DNA of 60,413 nucleotides from Candidatus Woesebacteria bacterium (lineage in GTDB: Bacteria; Patescibacteriota; Microgenomatia; UBA10105; UBA927), in the NCBI GenBank assembly GCA_018062625.1, contig JAGORV010000006.1, forward strand, positions 1-60,413, written 5' to 3'. This document shows, in pieces, positions 9,885 through 16,981 of this stretch; the first letter of the stretch is position 1, and the number at the start of each line of letters is the position of its first letter. Position numbers and translations under genes: made by a program. The notes under the pieces are model-generated. The model was not told the origin of the DNA. It did not search any database and worked only from the letters and a program-made list of their open reading frames with translations.

Positions 9885-10832
9885 TCAAAACAACGGTTGC
9901 TGTGTATCATCTGGTACTACTTTTTCTTGTGATACTTTTTTGTCATTATTTTTACTTCCCAATTCTTTTTCTATACGCCTCATAAGAGAGGGAAAGCTCA
10001 GCGCGGTTAGCACAGCGTGCACATTCGGGGTATCAAAACTTCTATATCGACAATCTTTTTCATGAAACTCTACAGGAGCATTTATGCGTATCGTTGCCAA
10101 GTCCTTAGACAAAAATGCGCTATTTTTTCCATCGGTTAATTTTTTCATAACTCCTTCTGAATATTTTTTACGAGCCTCTTCAAGATGCTTATAAAGATTC
10201 TCTACCGAACCAAAATCAGCGATAAATGTAATTGCACTTTTGGGTCCAATACCTGGAACTCCTGGATAATTGTCTGAGCTGTCTCCAGCAAACGCCTTGT
10301 AGTCTGGTATCTCTTTTGGTGCTACCCCGAGTCTCTCGCGCACATCTGATTCGCTATACACTCTTCCTTCAGATAACCCTTTTGTCGGCATATACACTAA
10401 TACTTTTTCGTCTTGTACAAGTTGCAATATATCTCGATCGCCCGTGACGATAATAATCTGTCCTACTTCCGAATGTCTTTGCGCAATGGTGCCGATCACA
10501 TCATCTGCTTCAAACCCATCATGTTCATATGTAGGAATAGCAAATGCATGAAGCATTTCATGCACGATATCTATTTGAGAGGACAAATCATCATCCATCT
10601 TTGGGCGTTTAGACTGATACCCTGCATACATAAGTTTTCGAAAGGTTGGAGCAGCTCGATCAAATGCAACTGCTATATGTGTAGGCTTTAGGTCAGCGAC
10701 GATTTTAATCAACATAGCAGTAAACCCATATACCGCGTTTACCGGCCTATCTGTTGGATCACGCATCGGAGGAATAGAATGATACGCTCGATGAAGTGCT
10801 GCATTACCATCAATAAGAACCAGACGATTCAT
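9885..10832 (-). CDS. Stand-alone 5'-3' exonuclease/flap endonuclease (PolA N-terminal domain only)
   Basis: LIDGNA, FEADD, TGDRD, GDSSDNYPGVPGIGPKSA (H3TH); stops at 315 aa with no polymerase domain. Confidence 0.92.
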   Translation of the reverse strand: MNRLVLIDGNAALHRAYHSIPPMRDPTDRPVNAVYGFTAMLIKIVADLKPTHIAVAFDRAAPTFRKLMYAGYQSKRPKMDDDLSSQIDIVHEMLHAFAIPTYEHDGFEADDVIGTIAQRHSEVGQIIIVTGDRDILQLVQDEKVLVYMPTKGLSEGRVYSESDVRERLGVAPKEIPDYKAFAGDSSDNYPGVPGIGPKSAITFIADFGSVENLYKHLEEARKKYSEGVMKKLTDGKNSAFLSKDLATIRINAPVEFHEKDCRYRSFDTPNVHAVLTALSFPSLMRRIEKELGSKNNDKKVSQEKVVPDDTQQPLF

Positions 10833-10874
10833 AGGAGTATTATAGGGGAAAAATTCTAAATACGATAATAGAAT

Positions 10875-12755
10875 TTATTCAAGCTTTTTTTTGGGGCCAC
10901 CCATAAGCGCCTGAAACTCATCGCTTTCTATGGTTTCTTTCTTCACTAAGGCTGCGGCAACTTTATCTAATTCTTTTCGGTGTTTCTTGAGCACTTCTAC
11001 CGCTTTCTTATAACCAGTATTTATGAATCGTTGAACCTCTAGGTCAATCTTTGCCATCATATCAGCAGATATCTGTTGTTGATCCATAAACTGCTTCCCC
11101 CACTCGGTCACATCATTTTGGGGACCAAAGTTTACTGGTCCCAATTCACTCATGCCAAATTCCATAACCATATATTTCGCGATTCTGGTTGCCTGATCAA
11201 TGTCGTTTGATGCACCGCTTGTTTGTTCGTTAAATATCACTTCTTCTGCGGCTCTGCCTCCCATGGTCATAGCAATTTCGTCTATAAGATGAGATTTTGT
11301 CTCATGTAATCGATCTTTTTCTGGTGGAGACATGGTATATCCCAACGACATACCGCGAGAGACGATGGAGATGCGATGAACGATATCAAGGTATGGACTG
11401 TAGTAACTCACTACTGCATGTCCGGCTTCGTGATATGCTGTCATCTTACGATCCAAATCGCTTTGCAAACGCTTTTTTTCGGGACCTAATTTTACCTTTG
11501 TCGCTGCTTCTTCAAGATCCAGCATATCGATTGCTTTTTTATTTTCTCGAGCGGCAAGGATGGCTGACTCATTCAGCACGTTCTCTAAATCTGCACCAGA
11601 AAACCCTACTGTTCGCTTCGAAACTCGATCCCAATCTACAGATTTTTCAAATGGTTTACCCTTGGCATGTATTGCTAAAATTGCTTTTCTTCCTTCCATG
11701 TCAGGAAGATCTAAAACTACTCGTCTATCAAAACGCCCAGGACGAAGGAGTGCTGGATCCAATAAGTCTCCACGATTTGTAGCAGCAACGAGAAGCACAG
11801 CGGTATTTGGTTCAAATCCATCCATTTCGACCAATATCTGATTGAGTGTTTGCTCACGCTCATCATGGCCACCCATAATCCCTACACTTCTCATGCGACC
11901 AATAGCGTCTATTTCATCGATAAAAATTATTGCAGGCGCGCTCTTTTTTGCCTGTGCAAACAAATCACGAACACGTGCGGCTCCCACTCCCACGAGCATT
12001 TCCATAAATTCACTACCTGCGATACTAAAAAATGCGGTATGTGCTTCACCAGCCATAGCCTTGGCAAGCATAGTCTTTCCTGTACCACTTGGACCCACAA
12101 GAATTACGCCTTTTGGCGTACGTGCGCCTAATGCTTTGTATTTGGCAGGATTTTTCAAAAAATCCACTACTTCTTCCAATTCTTTTTTCGCCTCATCAAC
12201 TCCAGCAACATCTGCAAATGTCACCTTTGGCAAATCCTTGTTGAAGATTCTCGAATTTGATTTCCCAAATGAAAACACATTATCTTGTGCCCCTCTCGCT
12301 TGCCGAAATAGAAACAAGAAAAATGCAACGGTTAATACCAAAGGCAACACATTGGAAATAAGCCCCATCCACACTTGACTCGCGCTTAAATCCTTTATCT
12401 TTATCTCTACACTTTTAGAATCTACCCCAGCGGATTCTAAAAGCTTATACATAGAATCTTGCGGTTCTTTGTGAGATGTAGCTTTAACACCATCCTTATA
12501 AACAACAGTGAGCTTCGTCTCTTCCACTTCTATAGAAGTAACTTTTCCCGATTTAACATCATTTAAAACAGCGGAAAGCGGTTTGTCAGAAAGCAAGGAT
12601 GCCTGTCCACTCAAGCTTCCGATAATAGAAAACAAAAAGAACATCACAAACAAGCCAATAACTATGTTCTTGAGATTGAGCTGCATCTGGAATTGGAACA
12701 TTTTCTTTCCTTTTTTTCCAGTATGTTTGGGTTGAGGTACGTGTTTATCTGCCAT
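10875..12755 (-). CDS. ftsH: ATP-dependent zinc metalloprotease FtsH
   Basis: Two TMs, [27 protein letters not shown]. Confidence 0.97.
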   Translation of the reverse strand: MADKHVPQPKHTGKKGKKMFQFQMQLNLKNIVIGLFVMFFLFSIIGSLSGQASLLSDKPLSAVLNDVKSGKVTSIEVEETKLTVVYKDGVKATSHKEPQDSMYKLLESAGVDSKSVEIKIKDLSASQVWMGLISNVLPLVLTVAFFLFLFRQARGAQDNVFSFGKSNSRIFNKDLPKVTFADVAGVDEAKKELEEVVDFLKNPAKYKALGARTPKGVILVGPSGTGKTMLAKAMAGEAHTAFFSIAGSEFMEMLVGVGAARVRDLFAQAKKSAPAIIFIDEIDAIGRMRSVGIMGGHDEREQTLNQILVEMDGFEPNTAVLLVAATNRGDLLDPALLRPGRFDRRVVLDLPDMEGRKAILAIHAKGKPFEKSVDWDRVSKRTVGFSGADLENVLNESAILAARENKKAIDMLDLEEAATKVKLGPEKKRLQSDLDRKMTAYHEAGHAVVSYYSPYLDIVHRISIVSRGMSLGYTMSPPEKDRLHETKSHLIDEIAMTMGGRAAEEVIFNEQTSGASNDIDQATRIAKYMVMEFGMSELGPVNFGPQNDVTEWGKQFMDQQQISADMMAKIDLEVQRFINTGYKKAVEVLKKHRKELDKVAAALVKKETIESDEFQALMGGPKKKLE

Positions 12756-12828
12756 AGATGCGCGTGTTGAGCGTCAAGTATAGCATGATTCATGACTCAT
12801 TTCACCCTTGTCTATAAGAAGCGAGAAA

Positions 12829-14208
12829 CTATCGAATTTTTGCACCAATAGGTGCACCATCCGCAGGAACAAAAAGCGGTTTACCATCTTGCCCATCCAC
12901 AGCGAGAATCATGCCTTGTGAAAATTCATCAAGCATCTTTCGTGGCGCAAGATTGGTGATGAACAAAAATTGTTTCCCAGCAAAATATTCTGGAGTGAAA
13001 CCAAACAATCGAACACCCGTAAAGATGATGCGTGGCTTTTCTTCTGCAACATTTACTACAAGGCGAATAAGCTTCTCGCTCCCCTCTTTGTTCGTCGCCT
13101 CCAACACCTTTCCCACCTTTACCTCAACGCGTGCAAATTCATCGATAGAGATCGTATTGCCATGTTGTGGCTTAGGATATTGAAAAAATGAGTACTGGGT
13201 GGTGAGGCCCATTGCATCACGTGCAGATTGCATGGTTTTGGTGGCAATCGCCATTGCTCCTGCTTGGCCTTTTTGCAATATTCGGGTAACTTCCGCTGGG
13301 TTTGCTTTAAGCTCTTCATATGCGGCACGAGCAGGAGCAAAATAGGTAAGCAAACTTTCACACAAATATTCTTTCACTTCTACATCAGATACTTCTCCAC
13401 TTACATAAGAATGCTTTAAGCTTTCCACCTTTTTCTTATCGCCGAAGAAATCGAGATACACAAACACCATGTTGCCTTCAATATGTCCTTTATCAGTTAC
13501 ATGTTTACGAGTCGGATCGGTAAATGTACCATTTACTTGTTTTCGTATGACTTCCTCTGATTCAAAAAGCGCAATAATATTTCCTATGCTTTTACTCATC
13601 TTGCGCTGACCATCAGTGCCAAGCACCACTGCCACTTCTTCAGGTATGTAGGCATCGGGCATTTTAAACACCTGCTTTTTATAAATCTTGTTGAATCGAT
13701 CGGCAATATCACGTGTTATTTCTATATGTTGTTTCTGATCCTTTCCTACTGGAACGAAATCTGGCTGATATAAAAGAATATCTGAAGCCATAAGCATTGG
13801 ATAACTAAACAACCCCACGTTGATATCGTCCTCCAATACATCTTTTTGCAACTTGTCTTTGTACGCATGAGCACGTTTCAAGAGCCCAAGGGGAGTTATG
13901 TTGTTGAGGATCGACTGTCCCTCAGTGTGCAAAGGGACATCAGATTGACGAAAAAAAACAATTCTTTCAAATTCTTCACGAGTCAAAAATCCTTTGAGAA
14001 GTGCAAGCTCGTTTAAAATAAGTGTTTCAATATTGTGCTGAAGCTGCTTCTTGTCTTGAATGGTGGTAAGCCCATGAAGGTCAGCAACCATCAGATACGT
14101 CTCATTCGTTTTTGCCATCTCAATAAACTGCCGTACGGCTCCTAAATAATTGCCGATATGCAGGCTTCCATCTCCACTCGGTGTAATTCCAGATAAAAAT
14201 CGTTTCAT
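12829..14208 (-). CDS. trpS: Tryptophan--tRNA ligase fused to a C-terminal Trbp111/CsaA-like tRNA-binding OB domain
   Basis: GITPSG, HIGNY, YPMLMASDILLY, VPVGKDQKQH, KMSKS; tail ISIDEFARVEVKVGKV...TNLAPRKM...SQGMILA...IGAKIR. Confidence 0.95.
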   Translation of the reverse strand: MKRFLSGITPSGDGSLHIGNYLGAVRQFIEMAKTNETYLMVADLHGLTTIQDKKQLQHNIETLILNELALLKGFLTREEFERIVFFRQSDVPLHTEGQSILNNITPLGLLKRAHAYKDKLQKDVLEDDINVGLFSYPMLMASDILLYQPDFVPVGKDQKQHIEITRDIADRFNKIYKKQVFKMPDAYIPEEVAVVLGTDGQRKMSKSIGNIIALFESEEVIRKQVNGTFTDPTRKHVTDKGHIEGNMVFVYLDFFGDKKKVESLKHSYVSGEVSDVEVKEYLCESLLTYFAPARAAYEELKANPAEVTRILQKGQAGAMAIATKTMQSARDAMGLTTQYSFFQYPKPQHGNTISIDEFARVEVKVGKVLEATNKEGSEKLIRLVVNVAEEKPRIIFTGVRLFGFTPEYFAGKQFLFITNLAPRKMLDEFSQGMILAVDGQDGKPLFVPADGAPIGAKIR

Positions 14209-14292
14209 AATTCTCCTTATTGTATACGAACGCTACGCTTTTCGAAAATGTAAATATATTTATATTCCAACCAACCTACAAATCCAATTCAT

Positions 14293-14772
14293 TTATTCAA
14301 ATAACCAACCATCATTAGAGTATCCTTTTGGATTTTGATAATACCCATACTCAATACTAAGATTAGGTATATTAATTGCGAATGCAAAACTTAAATCTGT
14401 ATTGCGCTCCTCCCCTCTGGGCTTTTTTATATATTCGAAAACAATGCCACTTTTATTATATGATTCTTGCGTCGCTTCCCAATGGGTTAATGATCCACCA
14501 ATAATACCAACGCCTCGCATACTTTTTGCAATTGGAAGCTCGTGATTTAATACACGTAATGGCGGGTCATGAAATACAAACAGCCCTTTGGGCACCAAGC
14601 CCACACCAGCTAAACAATTTGATGCGTTATCCGTCATGACTATCGCATTTCGAAATAAATCTGGTCGTATAAGTTGTCTATGACGCGTGCCGATGTGAAA
14701 AGATTTTTCTCTAATTTTTTCAATCTGTTTATTAGTAAATTCAACATGTTTTATTGCAAATTCTCCAATCAT
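14293..14772 (-). CDS. Hypothetical protein, possible CNF1/CheD/NTAN1-like Cys-His deamidase fold
   Basis: 159 aa with strong SD GGAGGT; TDNASNC53 ... FH68DP ... IIGGS. The fold call is inference. Confidence 0.65.
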   Translation of the reverse strand: MIGEFAIKHVEFTNKQIEKIREKSFHIGTRHRQLIRPDLFRNAIVMTDNASNCLAGVGLVPKGLFVFHDPPLRVLNHELPIAKSMRGVGIIGGSLTHWEATQESYNKSGIVFEYIKKPRGEERNTDLSFAFAINIPNLSIEYGYYQNPKGYSNDGWLFE

Positions 14773-14823
14773 AGTTTACCTCCGTTTATCGTAAGTCACC
14801 ATTCACTTTTTACTCTTTTTTAC

Positions 14824-14853
14824 GAATTCATATTGCTGCAGCAACATGAATTC
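14824..14853. repeat. 30-bp near-perfect palindrome
   Basis: GAATTCAT-A-TTGCTGCAGCAA-C-ATGAATTC, one mismatched pair. Confidence 0.85.
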
Positions 14854-14866
14854 CCAACACATGCAG

Positions 14867-15280
14867 TCACTTTCTCTTTTTTGTTTCTGGAACAAGACTT
14901 CCTGCAGCACCAATCAAAAGCCCCAGTAAGCCAATTGCTCCATCTCGCTTTGCACGTGGATTTATCGGATTTTTTGCTTGCAGTTGTGCCAGCTCGTCTG
15001 AATATAGCTTTAGGATTTGGTCTTCCCTAGCTCCACGTTCAACACCAATTACATCATCAAAACATTCAGCTCCAACACTACTACCACCCGAAAACAATCC
15101 TGTCGGATAACACTGCACTTGAATAGAATATTTATGCTGCATTTGTTCAATGTTGGCATCGTGTCTATTTAACTCGGCAAGTAATGTAGTGTTTTTTATT
15201 GCATCCACTGCAGAACCACCAGTAGTCAATAAGCCACCGATAACCAACGCGTTACTAACCACTTCTCTCATATTTTTCAT
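14867..15280 (-). CDS. Hypothetical two-TM protein with a Cys pair in the loop
   Basis: Start placed at ATG 15280 behind SD AAAGGAGGTGA (15286-15296); hydrophobic ends; CYPTGLFSGGSSVGAEC. Confidence 0.75.
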   Translation of the reverse strand: MKNMREVVSNALVIGGLLTTGGSAVDAIKNTTLLAELNRHDANIEQMQHKYSIQVQCYPTGLFSGGSSVGAECFDDVIGVERGAREDQILKLYSDELAQLQAKNPINPRAKRDGAIGLLGLLIGAAGSLVPETKKRK

Positions 15281-15305
15281 AATTTTCACCTCCTTTCTAA
15301 ATCAC

Positions 15306-15329
15306 AAAAAAACCTCCATTACTGGAGGC
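15306..15329 (-). terminator. Intrinsic terminator (attenuator 3:4 hairpin)
   Basis: GCCTCCA-GTAA-TGGAGG followed by T7 on the minus strand; GNRA loop. Confidence 0.8.
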
Positions 15330-15355
15330 TCATCATGCGTGTATATTTTCTTTTT

Positions 15356-15433
15356 TTACACCACGATTACAGACACCTCCAGAATTAGGAGGTTTTGCCA
15401 ATTATTCCCATGTAAACAATTCTTTTGTTTCAT
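15356..15433 (-). CDS. Putative Trp leader peptide (25 aa, W12)
   Basis: MKQKNCLHGNNWQNLLILEVSVIVV*; starts 2 nt after the trpR stop; TGG (15398-15400) lies just before attenuator segment 1. Confidence 0.5.
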   Translation of the reverse strand: MKQKNCLHGNNWQNLLILEVSVIVV

Positions 15434-15435
15434 AT

Positions 15436-15687
15436 TTATACTTGTATGAATCTTCCCTTTTGCAATTCTTTGGAGCCCCGTGTCACTGTCGAAACTCCAA
15501 CACCCATTTCTTTGGCGATAACGTGTTGCGATATACCCGCTTTTAGCTTTTTCACTATTTGCACACGTCTCGTAATCTCTTCTAATTCCCCCTCTGTTAA
15601 TAGTCCTCTCAAAAACAAAGTCATTTCCTCTCTGTTTTTAATTTCTACTAGAATTTGAGATAACTCATTTAACCAATCAGATTTCAT
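15436..15687 (-). CDS. trpR: Trp repressor family protein (TrpR/YerC)
   Basis: LFLRGLLTEGELEEITRRVQIVKKLKAGISQHVIAKEMGVGVSTVTRGSKEL, the TrpR HTH pattern. Confidence 0.88.
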   Translation of the reverse strand: MKSDWLNELSQILVEIKNREEMTLFLRGLLTEGELEEITRRVQIVKKLKAGISQHVIAKEMGVGVSTVTRGSKELQKGRFIQV

Positions 15688-15693
15688 AACGTC

Positions 15694-15727
15694 GTACTAT
15701 TGTACTAGTATAGTAGTACAATGTCAA
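15694..15727 (-). promoter_or_regulatory. Sigma70 promoter overlapped by a TrpR-type operator
   Basis: TTGACA (15722-27)-N17-TACAAT (15699-704); GTACT-N8-AGTAC (15702-15719) inside a 9-bp inverted repeat; extra GTACT half-site at 15694. Confidence 0.85.
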
Positions 15728-15769
15728 CTCCCCTCTTTGAAGAGGTAAGTTATTTGATACAATTCAATC

Positions 15770-16051
15770 ATGAACCTTGGAAAAATCTCTTTTTATGCCA
15801 GAAAAATACATAACTGGAGTCTATTTTTTGTGGTAATACTTGGACTCACTCAAATGATTACTGGGATTGTTATGCGATACCCCATGACATTCGCATTTAT
15901 AGACGAAATAGCGTCAAGAATGCTCCATTTTCAAACCGCGACCTATTTTTCTATTGCCTTTGGGATTCAAATGATTACGGGGCTTATAATGTACCTTACG
16001 CCGTGGCTCTTGAAGAAAATTGCGCAGAGGCCCATTGTAAAAAGTCAGTAA
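15770..16051 (+). CDS. Small two-TM membrane protein
   Basis: RKIHNWSLFFVVILG...HFQTATYF; TACAAT 6 nt upstream. Confidence 0.75.
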   Translation: MNLGKISFYARKIHNWSLFFVVILGLTQMITGIVMRYPMTFAFIDEIASRMLHFQTATYFSIAFGIQMITGLIMYLTPWLLKKIAQRPIVKSQ

Positions 16052-16259
16052 CTCTTCCTTGTAGATTATTATTTTCAGCAAGAGCGTGTTGGATTGCGCC
16101 TGAATTCACACCAATCCTTTCAGCATGCTGTGTTAATTTTTTTACACCAGAGCCCCTTTCACTCTTTGAAGCATGTAAAGCACGAAGTACGGTAAGCCGG
16201 TCCATGGCTTCCATTGTTTTTGGATCAGAGGTAAATGGGCTAAGTTCTAAATCAGTCAT
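15996..16259 (-). CDS. Hypothetical protein (87 aa)
   Basis: Sits directly behind a perfect-consensus promoter; convergent 56-bp overlap with the previous gene. Confidence 0.65.
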   Translation of the reverse strand: MTDLELSPFTSDPKTMEAMDRLTVLRALHASKSERGSGVKKLTQHAERIGVNSGAIQHALAENNNLQGRVTDFLQWASAQFSSRATA

Positions 16260-16266
16260 AGATACT

Positions 16267-16295
16267 ATTATATCCTATAATATATGTTTTGTCAA
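16267..16295 (-). promoter_or_regulatory. Perfect consensus sigma70 promoter, leaderless
   Basis: TTGACA-N17-TATAAT-N7-ATG. Confidence 0.85.
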
Positions 16296-16302
16296 TCCTT
16301 CT

Positions 16303-16332
16303 TTGACCAATAGGAGCTCGATAAGTTATAAT
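16303..16332 (+). promoter_or_regulatory. Promoter of the tRNA pair
   Basis: TTGACC-N18-TATAAT about 20 nt before the first tRNA. Confidence 0.6.
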
Positions 16333-16351
16333 GAATACGTATTTACAAAAC

Positions 16352-16421
16352 CGCGGGGTAGTGTAAAGCAGCACAGGAGGCTCATAATCTCCTAGACTAG
16401 GTGCGACTCCTAGCCCCGCAA
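16352..16421 (+). tRNA. tRNA (CAT), initiator fMet-like, with non-canonical D and T loops; CCA not encoded
   Basis: Acceptor CGCGGGG/CCCCGCA with C1:A72 mismatch; anticodon arm GGAGG-CTCATAA-TCTCC; T arm CTAGG-TGCGACT-CCTAG. Confidence 0.85.
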
Positions 16422-16454
16422 CACAAAAGTAGTCACAACACGCATTTGCCGGTA

Positions 16455-16526
16455 GCCAGCGTAGCTCAGTGGTAGAGCAGTGTCTTCATAAGGCATTTGT
16501 CGCAGGTTCGATCCCTGCCGCCGGCA
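16455..16526 (+). tRNA. tRNA (CAT), elongator Met or Ile2; CCA not encoded
   Basis: GCCAGCG-TA-GCTC-AGTGGTA-GAGC, anticodon loop TTCATAA, GGTTCGATCC T arm; A4:C69 mismatch. Confidence 0.9.
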
Positions 16527-16527
16527 C

Positions 16528-16878
16528 TCAAAAAAACAATCCCCACCATTTTTGCCAATTTACCGTTCGTTCAGTTTCACTAGGTGGCCCACCACTCCTG
16601 CTACCTGCTCCAGGCAATATCACAATAGATTCACCATCTTTCACCAACCCGAGTGTATTTCTTGCTACTTTTTCTGTGTATTCTTCAGAACCTATTTCTT
16701 TGAGTTCTTGAGTCAGTCGAGCGTTATCCTCTATTTTACGATTCAGCTCAACCTGACGCTCTTGCATAATATCGCGCCTATGCCACAAATCCACTATCGT
16801 TCGAAGCGCACTGATGGATAGCCCGAAGCTAATTATAAGGAGGACAAATCGCACGACGCTAAGCTGAGTTGTTTTCAT
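16528..16878 (-). CDS. Septum formation initiator (FtsB/DivIC family)
   Basis: N-terminal TM, coiled coil, EEYTEKVARNTLGLVKDGE. Confidence 0.85.
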   Translation of the reverse strand: MKTTQLSVVRFVLLIISFGLSISALRTIVDLWHRRDIMQERQVELNRKIEDNARLTQELKEIGSEEYTEKVARNTLGLVKDGESIVILPGAGSRSGGPPSETERTVNWQKWWGLFF

Positions 16879-16981
16879 AACTTTGACTCACCATTGCAAC
16901 CATGAACATTCTGTGATATTATAGGCTTCTGATCTGCTTAACGCGCGTCTGCCTCGCAGCTAGCTTTCAGCACCGCATACT

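Noticed and set aside
14208-14240. T-box or second TrpR operator directly upstream of trpS
   Set aside because: The gap is only 84 bp, with no T-box sequence and no GNACT-N8-AGTNC
15356-15433. TnaC-like arrest peptide (W12, similar length)
   Set aside because: Lacks TnaC D16 and the terminal Pro; the hairpin layout fits trpL-type attenuation better
16003-16821. Plus-strand ORFs 16003-16395, 16469-16711 and 16552-16821
   Set aside because: They run through tRNA genes or lie antisense to better-supported genes
16879-16981. Possible dif/att site or structured leader upstream of the Xer-like gene
   Set aside because: No dif consensus; only short 4-bp stems (CTGA/TCAG, CTGC/GCAG) expected by chance
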